From contig URLV01000005.1 of assembly GCA_900548725.1 (NCBI GenBank), positions 25 through 64,024 of the forward strand: DNA of 64,000 nt, in the 5' to 3' direction. The position numbers and the translations under genes are program-made. Under the pieces are notes generated by a model. It saw only the letters and a list, made by a program, of their open reading frames with translations, was not told the DNA's origin and searched no databases. Source of the DNA: an uncultured Mycoplasmatota bacterium. Its GTDB lineage: Bacteria; Bacillota_I; Bacilli_A; RF39; UBA660. Positions 44,751 to 55,600 of this stretch are shown one piece after another (positions within the stretch are counted from its first letter, which is position 1; each line of letters opens with the position of its first letter).

Positions 44751-44780
44751 AAGGCCAAAAATTGCGGCCTTTTTTGTTTT
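44751..44780 (+). terminator. clpB intrinsic terminator
   Basis: AAGGCC-aaaaattgc-GGCCTT followed by TTTTGTTTT. Confidence 0.7.
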
Positions 44781-44789
44781 GAATTTAAG

Positions 44790-44842
44790 TTAGTCAATAG
44801 TATCACTTTAAATTAGTCAATAGTGTCACTTTAAATTAGTCG
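44790..44842. repeat. 23-bp tandem direct repeat, ~2.3 copies
   Basis: TTAGTCAATAGTATCACTTTAAA (44790-44812), TTAGTCAATAGTGTCACTTTAAA (44813-44835), then TTAGTCG... Confidence 0.9.
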
Positions 44843-44853
44843 AAGTTCATAAC

Positions 44854-44881
44854 ATAAAAAAAGAAACATTTGATGCTTCTT
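44854..44881 (-). terminator. Intrinsic terminator of 44885-45943
   Basis: Minus strand has AAGAAGCA-tcaaa-TGTTTCTT followed by T7. Confidence 0.55.
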
Positions 44882-44884
44882 TAA

Positions 44885-45943
44885 TTACTTTTTCATTTCT
44901 ATAATCATATTTCCTGATATACCTAAACCAAATAATAGACTTAATAATGATACAAATCCACCAATATATGGTATATAACTTAAAGCATATATTATAAATA
45001 AACCTACTATCATTAAAATATAACTATTCATACTCTTTTTAAAATATTTCTTATCTAATTTATAAGCTACTGTATAAGCAGTAAATATGTTTGCTATATA
45101 AACTAAAATACCATAAATTATTCCACCTATTACACCTACTGATGAGAATATACCAGTCATTAATAACATTAATGCTACCATTGGAACACCAATTAATATT
45201 AAGAAACCTTTTCCACAAAGAATAGCTGTTTTTTTAGTAGTTAAATCTTCTGTTTGTTTTAAAGATTTTTTAAATAATTTTTCACAAGCAAACACTAATA
45301 CTATTGCTAACATAGTTATGTGAACATATTTTGAAACTATAGCATAAATATATTCTTTAAATGTCATTTTATTCGTAGTAGAATTATAAGTTTTAGTTTT
45401 GATAGTGTCATTTAAACCATCTATAACTGCATCTTTATTATATTTTAGTGTACCAGTTATTTTTGCTCCTTCAATATTTATATTAGCAGCATAAACTGTT
45501 ACGTTACCGTTAAATGTACCTTTTAAAGTAACTTCACTAGCATAAATATAACTGTTTCTATTAAGGTTACCATTTATTGTAATTGTATTAGCTGCTAAAT
45601 AAGTATCTCTTAAAACATTACCATTAACTTTAATATCATTTGCTGCTAAAAATAAATCCTTTACTATATCTTTTTCTATAGTTATTTCATTTCCAGCACC
45701 TATAACATATTCTTGGTTTGCTTTAAAAGTTAATTTATTTCCTGCAACAAAGCCAATTCCATCAATTGTATTATTTACCTTAATTTCATTTCCTGCAATA
45801 AATGCTGTTCCATCTAATTTATCTTCGATAGTAACTTTATCTCCAGCTTGAAATAAATCATTTGAACTTTTTGCATTAACAGTTGTAATTGATAACATTA
45901 TCGTTACTAATGTAAGTATAAAACATATAAAATATTTTTTCAT
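44885..45943 (-). CDS. Signal-peptide beta-helix repeat (bactofilin/CcmA-like) protein with C-terminal multi-TM anchor
   Basis: Repeated (A/V)GN-x-(I/L)-x-(V/I)-x-G motifs occur over ~150 aa. An N-terminal hydrophobic leader and four C-terminal hydrophobic helices are present. Start is ATG 45943 (SD AGGAG). Confidence 0.5.
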   Translation of the reverse strand: MKKYFICFILTLVTIMLSITTVNAKSSNDLFQAGDKVTIEDKLDGTAFIAGNEIKVNNTIDGIGFVAGNKLTFKANQEYVIGAGNEITIEKDIVKDLFLAANDIKVNGNVLRDTYLAANTITINGNLNRNSYIYASEVTLKGTFNGNVTVYAANINIEGAKITGTLKYNKDAVIDGLNDTIKTKTYNSTTNKMTFKEYIYAIVSKYVHITMLAIVLVFACEKLFKKSLKQTEDLTTKKTAILCGKGFLILIGVPMVALMLLMTGIFSSVGVIGGIIYGILVYIANIFTAYTVAYKLDKKYFKKSMNSYILMIVGLFIIYALSYIPYIGGFVSLLSLLFGLGISGNMIIEMKK

Positions 45944-46031
45944 TAAATCATCTCCTAACAATAATAAAACACAAATCTTTTTTTTAGTCAATTAATTATA
46001 TGAAAAATAAATAAAAATTACAATTTTTTAG

Positions 46032-46060
46032 TTGAAAAATAAAGTTATTTTATCTATAAT
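46032..46060 (+). promoter_or_regulatory. Sigma-A promoter of the 46079-49099 operon
   Basis: TTGAAA, 17 nt, TATAAT. SD AGGTGAT lies before ATG 46079. Confidence 0.65.
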
Positions 46061-46078
46061 GATATTAGGTGATATAGT

Positions 46079-46702
46079 ATGGCTAATAAAAAAGATGAAG
46101 AAATTAAAAATACTACAAAGAAAAAATCAACTACTAAAAGTAATACAACAAAAAAAACTACTGCTAAAAATAGTACAGTGAAGAAAAGTACAAGTACTAA
46201 GAATAATAGTAGTACTAAAAAAGCTGGTACAAAGACTACTACTAATAATAAAAGCGTAAAAAAAGTTGGTAATACTAAAACTAGTACTGCTAAAAAGACT
46301 ACTACTAAGAAAGTAGAAAATAAAGAAGTTCCAAATAAAGATATTATAGTAGAAGAAAATGTAATTAATTTAGAAGAAAAGGTAGAATTTCCTGATAATT
46401 ATGTAAAAATTGAAGATAATAATATTAGTGAACAAGAAAAAGATGAAAAAATTATTGTAGAAGAAATTAATAATATTACTAAGTTAGAAAATGCAAAATA
46501 TATAAAAAGTAAAAAGAAAAATAGTTTACTTCCAATTGGTGTTATTATAGCTATATTAGGTTTGATTGCATTAATTATTTCTTTAATTGCAAATAGAATT
46601 GTTGATAGAGAATATTTAAGTGATACAGCAATTACATTAATGTTGGTAATTAGTATAATAATAGAAACTTTTGGAGCATTTATAATAATAAGTGAATCTT
46701 AA
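46079..46702 (+). CDS. Lys/Thr/Ser-rich low-complexity protein with two C-terminal TM helices
   Basis: 207 aa. The first ~85 aa are almost only K, T, S, N and A. The hydrophobic C-terminus is LLPIGVIIAILGLIALIISLI... Confidence 0.6.
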   Translation: MANKKDEEIKNTTKKKSTTKSNTTKKTTAKNSTVKKSTSTKNNSSTKKAGTKTTTNNKSVKKVGNTKTSTAKKTTTKKVENKEVPNKDIIVEENVINLEEKVEFPDNYVKIEDNNISEQEKDEKIIVEEINNITKLENAKYIKSKKKNSLLPIGVIIAILGLIALIISLIANRIVDREYLSDTAITLMLVISIIIETFGAFIIISES

Positions 46703-46739
46703 TAATAATTAATTATTCTATATAGTAAAGTGAGGGTAT

Positions 46740-48152
46740 ATGAAAACAAAATACGTTATAGTACTTTCTTTCCTAATTGGAATAATTTTTTGTTTGTCTA
46801 TAATTTTTGGGCCTAAGAAAATATACTTTACATTAAATGGTAAAGAATATAAAGAATTAAATGTTGGTAGTATATATAAAGATGAGGGTTTTAAAGCAGA
46901 ATATTGTAATAAATATATAAAAATATTTTGTAAAGATTTAAGTGACAGAGTTAAAATTAATAAATATGAAGAAAAGAAAGATAATAAATATTTTTTAAAT
47001 TATAATATTAAGTATGGTAAGTATAGTAAAGTAATAACTAGAGAAATTAAATTTGTTGATAATGAAAGTCCTATAATTAATTTAATTAACAATGGTAGTA
47101 ATATTTGTCCTAATCATGATTATGTTGAAGAAGGTTATAGTGCATATGATAATGTTGATGGTGATATTACTAATAAAGTTTTAAGAACTGTTAAAGATAA
47201 TAAAGTTTATTATAACGTTGAAGATAGTTCTGGTAACAAAAAGACTGTAATAAGAAATATAAATTATTTTGATAATGAAAAACCATTAATTAATTTAGTT
47301 GGTGGTGATACCGTTTATGTATATAAAAATCAAGAATATAAAGATAGAGGTTATACTGCTACTGATAATTGTGATGGTGACATTACTAATAAAGTAAATA
47401 TTAATAATAGTGTTGATACTACAAAAGATGGAGAGTATAATATTGATTATAGTGTAGTAGATACATTTGGAAATAAAAATACAGTTTCTAGAAAAGTTGT
47501 AGTTTATAGTGATATAAGTAAGATACCTAAAAATGGTAGAGTTATTTATTTGACGTTTGATGATGGACCTGGATGTTATACACAAAGTATATTAGATGTT
47601 TTAAATGAATATAATGTAAAGGCAACATTCTTTGTTACTAATCAATTTAGTAATTATCAGTATATGATAAAAAAAGAATATGAGAGCGGTCATTCTATTG
47701 CTGTACATACTTATAGTCATAATTATGGTAAAATATATGAGAGCGTTGATAGTTATGTTGACGATTTCAATCAAATGAATCAGATAATATATGAGCAGAC
47801 TGGTACATATACAAAAATGTTTAGATTTCCTGGTGGAAGTAGCAATACAATAAGTAGATTTAATAAAGGTATTGTTAGCAATGTTGCTAAAACTATGACA
47901 GATAAAGGATATATTTATTTCGATTGGAATATAGATAGTACAGATACACAATATAAAGATTCAGAAAAGATTTATCAAAATGTTATTAGTGAGTTAGAAA
48001 AGCATGATAAATCAGTTGTATTGATGCACGATATAAAAAAAGCTAATATAGAAAGTGTTAGAAAAATAATAAATTATGGTTTGGAAAATGGTTATACTTT
48101 TCTAGGTCTTGATGAAAGTAGTCCTGAGGTACACCACCATATTAATAATTAG
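46740..48152 (+). CDS. Membrane-anchored polysaccharide (peptidoglycan) deacetylase with two Ig-like DUF5011-type domains
   Basis: NodB motifs VIYLTFDDGPG and HTYSHNY. Duplicated DNVDGDITNKV / DNCDGDITNKV modules. N-terminal TM. Confidence 0.8.
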   Translation: MKTKYVIVLSFLIGIIFCLSIIFGPKKIYFTLNGKEYKELNVGSIYKDEGFKAEYCNKYIKIFCKDLSDRVKINKYEEKKDNKYFLNYNIKYGKYSKVITREIKFVDNESPIINLINNGSNICPNHDYVEEGYSAYDNVDGDITNKVLRTVKDNKVYYNVEDSSGNKKTVIRNINYFDNEKPLINLVGGDTVYVYKNQEYKDRGYTATDNCDGDITNKVNINNSVDTTKDGEYNIDYSVVDTFGNKNTVSRKVVVYSDISKIPKNGRVIYLTFDDGPGCYTQSILDVLNEYNVKATFFVTNQFSNYQYMIKKEYESGHSIAVHTYSHNYGKIYESVDSYVDDFNQMNQIIYEQTGTYTKMFRFPGGSSNTISRFNKGIVSNVAKTMTDKGYIYFDWNIDSTDTQYKDSEKIYQNVISELEKHDKSVVLMHDIKKANIESVRKIINYGLENGYTFLGLDESSPEVHHHINN

Positions 48153-48160
48153 GAGTGTTT

Positions 48161-49099
48161 ATGAGAAATTTATTTAATTTTATATTTTATGTGTTTGGTA
48201 TTTGTTTACCATTAATAGTTATTATAGTTTCATTAGTAAAGTCAAATTTTAAAATTAATAAAAATGTTGTTAATAAGTTGTTAATTGCGGTAATAATTTT
48301 TCTTGTTTTTTATATTGTAAAAGTAGGAGGAATTAAATTGATAGATAATGTAAATAGTAATAGAGATGTTAAAGTTGGAAATACAATAAAGAAAAAAGAT
48401 AATAAGACAACTACTTCTACTACATCAACAAGTACCACTTCTAGTACAACTACCTCTACTACATCAACTAGTACTACAAAAACAACTACTACAAAAAAGA
48501 AACAAGATGTTAGTGTTTCTAATAATACAGATGGCTTAAAAATTATTGACGGAATATTAATCGTTAATAAGTCTTATCCACTTCCAAAAGATTATGTTCC
48601 AACAAATACTTATAAAGATGCGACAGGATTAAATTACTGTAGTGAATGTATAAACGTTGATGCTTATGAAAAATATAAATTAATGAAAGCTGATATGGCT
48701 AGTTTAGGAATGAACATTTGGATTCAAAGTGGTTATAGAAGTTATAATTTACAAGAAAGTTTATATAATAAATATGTTAATAGAGATGGTAAACTTGCTG
48801 CTGACACTTATAGTGCTAGACCTGGATATTCTGAACATCAAACAGGACTTGCTTTTGATCTAAATAGTATTAGTGATGATTTTCAATATACTAGCGAAGG
48901 AAAATGGATTAATGATAATGCTTGGAGATACGGTTTTATACTTAGATATCCAAAGAGTAAAGAAAGTATTACTGGATATAAATATGAAAGTTGGCATTTA
49001 AGATATGTTGGTGAGGATTTAGCTAGTAAATTATATAATAATGGAGATTGGATTACATTAGAAGAACATTTTAATCTAACAAGTAAGTATAGTGATTAA
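48161..49099 (+). CDS. VanY-family D-alanyl-D-alanine carboxypeptidase (M15B) with Ser/Thr-rich linker
   Basis: SGYRSY, SEHQTGLAFDL and ESWHLRYVG motifs. Start is ATG 48161 (SD AGGAG), not GTG 48155. Confidence 0.85.
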   Translation: MRNLFNFIFYVFGICLPLIVIIVSLVKSNFKINKNVVNKLLIAVIIFLVFYIVKVGGIKLIDNVNSNRDVKVGNTIKKKDNKTTTSTTSTSTTSSTTTSTTSTSTTKTTTTKKKQDVSVSNNTDGLKIIDGILIVNKSYPLPKDYVPTNTYKDATGLNYCSECINVDAYEKYKLMKADMASLGMNIWIQSGYRSYNLQESLYNKYVNRDGKLAADTYSARPGYSEHQTGLAFDLNSISDDFQYTSEGKWINDNAWRYGFILRYPKSKESITGYKYESWHLRYVGEDLASKLYNNGDWITLEEHFNLTSKYSD

Positions 49100-49284
49100 T
49101 GTTCTTTTTTCTTTTCTTTTAGACGTAAAAAGTATATTTTCAGACAGATTATAATAATTCTTTTTTTTAATATTATATGATTAACGTGCGTGATAAATTA
49201 TAGAGTAAAGTTTTGGTTATGTATGTTTGTAATATATTTATCGTGCTTTTTAGTAAATAATATATCTATTTACTAAAAATAATT

Positions 49285-49312
49285 AAACTGTTACTAGTTT
49301 GTGACAGTTTTT
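49285..49312. terminator. Bidirectional terminator between convergent genes
   Basis: CTGTTAC (49288-49294) and GTGACAG (49301-49307), followed by T5. A/T-tracts lie on both sides. Confidence 0.5.
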
Positions 49313-50063
49313 AATTTGGTAACAATAACCTTAATTTAAATTTCCATAATGGCATACTAGAATTAATACTAAGTCTTGGAATGACATATTTATTATCTGT
49401 TTTATATGCTTTTTTGAAATCTCCATCATATCCAAAACCAAAAGCTAATTTATATTTTTTCTCTTTTAAAACATTTATTATAGTATCATTGTATATACCG
49501 TAAGGATAAGCTAAATATTTAGTATCTATTACAGTTTGCTGATTATTAAAATCATTTAAAATTTCTTCATATGACATATCAGTAACTCTTTTGTTATCAT
49601 GCATATCAAATGTATGTGATGCAAATTCTATATTTGGATATTCTTTTTTTGTTTTTTCAATAAGTTCTTTATTGAAGTAAGTATCACTATTATTAATAGT
49701 TTCTTTTCCTATAATAAATACAACAGCATTTAAATTATATTTTTTTAATATTGGAAAAGCATATTCATAATTACTTTTGTAACCATCATCAAATGTTATT
49801 AAAACGGTTTTTTTATTTATTTTTAATTTACCATTCATATAATCGTTCATTTCATTGAGAGTTAATGTTTTAAAATTCATATCTTTTAAGTATTTCATTT
49901 CTTTTTCAAATTTTTTAACATACATACTCATATCACTACTTTCATCATTTATATTTATAATATTATGATATCCTAATACAGCAACCTTATTTGGTAAAAA
50001 TAAATATATAATTAATAAAACAGTAATTAAAATAAAAATAGATATTAATATTTTTTTCTTCAT
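49311..50063 (-). CDS. Polysaccharide deacetylase (NodB family), membrane-anchored
   Basis: VLITFDDGYKSNYEYAFPILKKYNLNAVVFIIG. Start is ATG 50063 (SD AGGTGA). Confidence 0.8.
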   Translation of the reverse strand: MKKKILISIFILITVLLIIYLFLPNKVAVLGYHNIININDESSDMSMYVKKFEKEMKYLKDMNFKTLTLNEMNDYMNGKLKINKKTVLITFDDGYKSNYEYAFPILKKYNLNAVVFIIGKETINNSDTYFNKELIEKTKKEYPNIEFASHTFDMHDNKRVTDMSYEEILNDFNNQQTVIDTKYLAYPYGIYNDTIINVLKEKKYKLAFGFGYDGDFKKAYKTDNKYVIPRLSINSSMPLWKFKLRLLLPN

Positions 50064-50160
50064 TAACTCATCACCTACCAATAATATACTACTAATAAAA
50101 TATAAAATCTAGTGATATTGTTTAAATAATTAATGCAATCATAATATTAAATAAATTTGT

Positions 50161-51588
50161 TTAGTTTATAATTTCAATATATTCTTTATATTCATTTAAT
50201 AATTCTTTAACAAATATAGATATGTTGTTTTTATCTACAAGCATATATACGTTATTTTTAGTTCTAGTAATAGCTACATAAAATAGTCTTCTTTCTTCGT
50301 CATATTTATATAATTCTTTATCAAATAAATAATTTATAATTCTGTTGTTTTTTATTTTACTAGGAAATCCCATTATGTTATCTGTTAAATTAATTAAGAT
50401 TATATCATTACTTTCTAATCCTTTAGATTTATGTGCAGTATAATAATTTATATTGTTAATATCTTTACCCTTTTCCACATAGTATTTTATATCCATATTA
50501 TTTCTTCCTATAATCATATATTCTTTGTCACATAATTTAATTAGTTTTTTTAAACCATATATTTTGTTATTACAAAAATATATTTTTATTGGTTTATTAT
50601 TAGTTTTGTTACTAAATAATTCTTTTTTAAATTGATATTTGTTTTTGGTAATAAACTTGTTAGATATATATAATAATTCTTTACTGTTTCTGTATGTGTT
50701 TTTTAAATACATTATTTCAGAATCTTTAAAATATTCTTTGAATTTTAAAAATAATTCTATATCACTTCCTGCAAATCGATATATACTTTGGTAATCATCT
50801 CCGACACATATTATTTTTGCATTATTATATTTTATTATACTTTGTATTAAATTTAATCTAATTCTACTAGTATCTTGAAATTCATCAATTATTATATATT
50901 TGTATTTTAATCTAAGTTTATATTTATCAACTAACTCTCTGGATTTTATAATCATGTCATTTAAGTCAATACTATTAGTACTGTTTAATTCGTTTTCATA
51001 TATTCTATATATTTCTAATATGAATTTAAATGTTATCTTATAAATTGTTTTTTTATATAACTTATATATCGTACTTATGTTATATCCTTTGTTTTTTATT
51101 AGATTAATAAATGTTATGATATTTTTTTTATATAATATGAATTCTTTACTTTTAATAATTTCCTCATATTTATAATTTTTAAATAACAACATAAGATAGT
51201 ATTTTCTATGACTATATTTAACAGTGCTTAAGAAGTATTCATCTAGAATATATTCTAAATAATTATTGTCATATATGTTCACTTTTTTATAATATTTATT
51301 AATTATATTTAATCCTAATTTATGAAATGTATAACAATCTACATTTAATCCTATTTTATTTAATTTGTTTTTTAATCCATTAGTCGCTTCGTTTGTTAAA
51401 CTTATACAAAGTATTTCATTTTCCTTAATACCATTATGTATTAAGTATTTTACTTTTCCTAAAATTGTACTTGTTTTTCCACAACCGGCACCTGCTACTA
51501 CTAACAAATTTTTATCAAATTTAACACATTCTATTTGATATTTATCTAAACTATATCCATCTATGTAAAATAAATTGTTTTCATTCAT
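50161..51588 (-). CDS. Minimal UvrD/Rep-family (SF1) helicase
   Basis: Walker A AGAGCGKTST, motif II IIIDEFQDTS, YTAHKSKGLE and RRLFYVAITRTK. It is only 475 aa. Confidence 0.75.
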   Translation of the reverse strand: MNENNLFYIDGYSLDKYQIECVKFDKNLLVVAGAGCGKTSTILGKVKYLIHNGIKENEILCISLTNEATNGLKNKLNKIGLNVDCYTFHKLGLNIINKYYKKVNIYDNNYLEYILDEYFLSTVKYSHRKYYLMLLFKNYKYEEIIKSKEFILYKKNIITFINLIKNKGYNISTIYKLYKKTIYKITFKFILEIYRIYENELNSTNSIDLNDMIIKSRELVDKYKLRLKYKYIIIDEFQDTSRIRLNLIQSIIKYNNAKIICVGDDYQSIYRFAGSDIELFLKFKEYFKDSEIMYLKNTYRNSKELLYISNKFITKNKYQFKKELFSNKTNNKPIKIYFCNNKIYGLKKLIKLCDKEYMIIGRNNMDIKYYVEKGKDINNINYYTAHKSKGLESNDIILINLTDNIMGFPSKIKNNRIINYLFDKELYKYDEERRLFYVAITRTKNNVYMLVDKNNISIFVKELLNEYKEYIEIIN

Positions 51589-51723
51589 AAAACACCTCCT
51601 ACTTATATTATTGTGAAAAAATTTGTTTTTCCTTTTTTTTGATGTAAATTTTACACTTTTATGTAAAAATAAATTATGCGTATCTATGTTAATGTGATAT
51701 ATTTATCATAGAGGTGTATAGTT

Positions 51724-52575
51724 TTGGAAGATACAAAAAAAATAAATAAGGCAATAGTTGTTGTAATAATCTTACTTATAGTAGTCATATTAAGTTTACT
51801 TGGTTATATAATTTATGAAAAAATTGAAAGTGATAAAAAGGGACAAAATTCAAATTCGTTATCAACATCTAGTATAACAACAGAAAAAAAGAATAATACT
51901 AAACTTTCTGATAATGAAATAGAAGAATATCTGAGTTATGTACCAATAAAACCTGAATCTGATTTGATTTCTGAATATAATGATTATTATGATTATGATG
52001 AAGATGCATATAGTGGAAAAGTGGAAAATATAAATAATTTAAACGAAAAATTATTGTTAGCACATGCATATTCTATGGCGCAAAAAACTAATACAGAAGA
52101 GAAAATTACATCAAATATGTGCGGAGATAATAGTAAATGTAAAGCAGATGAATATGTTTTAGAAACTGATTTAATTTCAGAAATGAAAAAAATGTACAAT
52201 GTTAATAACATTAATACTAAATCTTTTAAAATTTCAGGTGGAAATGTTGAACATTCTGAAAAATATTATGTAGCATTTATGAATTTAGGTGCATCTCCAA
52301 TAAAAAAAATTAATAAAGCTTTAAAGCATGAATTTAATAATGAAGATTTAGTTGTATATGAAAAGGCTGGATTTATAGTTGATATACAAGGAGAAATATC
52401 TATTTTAAAAACTACGAATAAGAATGATGTTACGAAAGAAGATCCCTATACTAATAGAGATGATGCTATTAAATTTATAGAAGAAAACATTAACGATTTT
52501 AATACATATAAACATACATTTAAATTAAATGAAAATAACAAATATTATTGGTATAGTACTGAATTAAGTAACTAA
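51724..52575 (+). CDS. Hypothetical membrane-anchored extracytoplasmic protein
   Basis: TTG start with SD AGAGGTG. One N-terminal TM helix. No recognisable motif. Confidence 0.55.
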   Translation: MEDTKKINKAIVVVIILLIVVILSLLGYIIYEKIESDKKGQNSNSLSTSSITTEKKNNTKLSDNEIEEYLSYVPIKPESDLISEYNDYYDYDEDAYSGKVENINNLNEKLLLAHAYSMAQKTNTEEKITSNMCGDNSKCKADEYVLETDLISEMKKMYNVNNINTKSFKISGGNVEHSEKYYVAFMNLGASPIKKINKALKHEFNNEDLVVYEKAGFIVDIQGEISILKTTNKNDVTKEDPYTNRDDAIKFIEENINDFNTYKHTFKLNENNKYYWYSTELSN

Positions 52576-52618
52576 AAAAGTAAAGGAATAATTTTATAAA
52601 TCTTTACTTTTTTATTTT
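52574..52618. terminator. Bidirectional terminator between 51724-52575 and addA
   Basis: AAAAGTAAAG (52576-52585) and CTTTACTTTT (52602-52611) form a 10-bp stem with flanking A/T runs. Confidence 0.5.
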
Positions 52619-52634
52619 ACTATAATATTAAATA

Positions 52635-55600
52635 TTACAACTCAACAAATTCATTATTAATAATACTATATAAATATAAATTTGCTTTCTTATCAAAACT
52701 ATTTTCTATATAATTTTTATAACCATTTAATTGGTCAATATATTCTGGACTAGTTGTATTCATTAATTTATAATCTATAATATCAATATAATCGTCATAT
52801 TCTAACATTAAATCTATAATACCATGATACTTTTCATTACTATCTTCGTATATAAATTCATATTCTTTATATATTTTTGCATTATTTATATTTTTCATTA
52901 TATCATTACTTAATAATTTTTTTACATAATTGATATCTTTTTCATATAATTCGCTATAATCTGGATTTTTTAAATCAATACTTTCAAATAATTCATGTAT
53001 ATAAGTTCCTAACTCCATATTGTTTTTGGTAATATTGTCTACAATACTAAGATTTTCTTTACTAAAATGTTTGTTAATAACTTCTTCTTTTTCAACATTA
53101 TTTTCTATTATATTAATTTTATCTTCTATAATTTCAATATTTTCACTTATATTATATGATTTAACATTATTATATTCATGAGTTAAATTAATTGTATTTA
53201 AATCTATATCAACTATGTAGTTAGGTATTCTAGAACGAATAGAAATAATTATATCTTTAAAACTTTTATATTTGCTTCTAATTCTATTATCTATTACCCC
53301 ATTTGCTTCTACACCGAAAGTATCTTCAGTATTAAAATTACCTACTATAATCATTTTTTCTTTTGCACGAGTAACAGCAACATATAAAAGTCTAATTCTC
53401 TCACTAATATCCTCTTTTATGTAATTATCTTTTACTATATATTTTGTAATAACATCATCTAAACCTTCATTATCAATTGGGGTAATGATTCCATATTTAT
53501 TATCATATATTATTTTATCTTTTAAATCACTTAAATTAAATGGTTTATCAAAGCCACTAAAATAACATATGTGATATTCCAATCCTTTAGATTTATGTAT
53601 AGTCATTATTTTTACAGTATTTCCACTATTATCTGTCATATTAATTTTAATTTGTTTATTTTTACTGATTATATTATCTAAATAATCATTTACATCTTCT
53701 ATACCATAACCTATACTATCTAAATCGCCGAAAGTCTTATATAAATAATCTATTATCATAGTTTTATTGTCTATGTTTCCAACACTAATAAATTTGTTAA
53801 TAACATCAAACTTATCAACAATATTTTCAAGTATTTCTTGACTACTCATACTATCAATATTCTTAACAATTTCATTACATTTTATAAATATTTCGTTGTC
53901 TTTGAAGTTATTATTTAAAAATATATTAAATATATCATCGTCATTATAATCACTTAAATAACTCCTTGCAATTGATGTAAAACTATATTTAAAACTAGTA
54001 TCGTATTCATTGTTTTTTATTTTAATAACTAAGTTGATTAAATTTTTTATTAAATAAAGTTCATTTTCATTTACTATATTCTCATCTTTATATAATGTAG
54101 TAGGTATACCAACATATTCAAATATCTTTTTATATAAATCAAAATTAGTAGTTCTATCCATCAGTATAACAAAGTCTTTATATTCAATATCTCTTAATAT
54201 TTTTTCATCTTTATCAAATATTTGATATTTATTATTTATTTTATCTTTTATATCTTTAGCAATTAGAAATGCTTCTATTTCTTCTTTTTTATAGCCTAAT
54301 TCTTTATCATATATATAATTATATATTTCTAAATTATTATTTTGACTAGTCTTTCCTTCTTCAATATATGTAGTATTACCAAATATCATATTATGACTTT
54401 CACTGTATTCAGCACCACCGATATAGTTATCCATAATTAAATTAAACATAATATTGATGTCATCTAGTACTTCATATCTACTTCTGAAGTTTTTTACTAA
54501 ATCTATTTTCATACCACCATCATGTGCCATATATTTATCATATTTATTTTTAAATAATAATGGATTAGCATTTCTAAATCTATATATACTTTGTTTGATA
54601 TCTCCAACCATATATACATTATTATTACTTATTAAATTTATAAAACTTTCTTGCAAATCACTAGTATCTTGATATTCATCTACGCATATTTCATTAAAAC
54701 TATTTATAAGTTCATCTCTAACTTCTTTATTATTCTTAACTATATTAATAGCCATAATACTTATATCATTAAATTCATATTTATTAATACTTCTTTTATA
54801 TTTATTTATTCTAATATCTAATTCTTTAATTATATTTATTATTGCACTTACGTAGTCTTTAGTACTAATAAGATTATTTTTAATATCGTCTAAAGTATAA
54901 TAACACATGTTATTTATATCTTTAATTATCTCACTTATTTCTTTTTTTATACTTTTACCTAATTCAGTAGCATTTCTTAATGGACTCAATTTAATATCAT
55001 TTGAATTGTTTCTTATAGAATCATAATCATTAGATTTTAATAAATTATCCAATTCTAAATAATATTTATCAATATATTTTCCATCAACTTCACTAGATAA
55101 ACTTATTAGTAATTTTTTTATGGTAATTATTTTTTCTAATAATAAATTAGTATAGTCAGTTATAATGCTATTTATAAAATTATCATTATAATAATTTTCT
55201 ATATAATTATTTAAATATTCACTTTTATTTTCTAATAAGTCTATTTTACTATTTATATTAAGTATTAATTCTTTTAATTTTTTATCATCTTTAACGCATA
55301 ATAAATCAACTAATTTTAAAAATAAAGTATTATTATTTTTATAATTTTCTTCAAATATATCTTCTAATATTTCTTCTTTTTTTAAATCAATTATACCTGA
55401 ATCAATTATACTTATATCGTTTCCAATATCAATTAAGTAATGATATTTTTTTACTATTGAAAGTGCAAATGAATCGAATGTTGTTATGTAAGCATTATCT
55501 ATATAATCTAATTCTTTTTTTAAATTTATATCATTTTCTGCTTCTTTTTTTATAGATTTACGTATTCTATCTTTCATTTCGTGAGCTGCATTATTAGTAA

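Noticed and set aside
50161-52575. Gabija-like or other two-gene defence system built around the 475-aa UvrD-like helicase.
   Set aside because: There is no OLD/TOPRIM ATPase-nuclease or any other plausible partner adjacent. The neighbour is a divergent membrane-anchored protein of unknown function.
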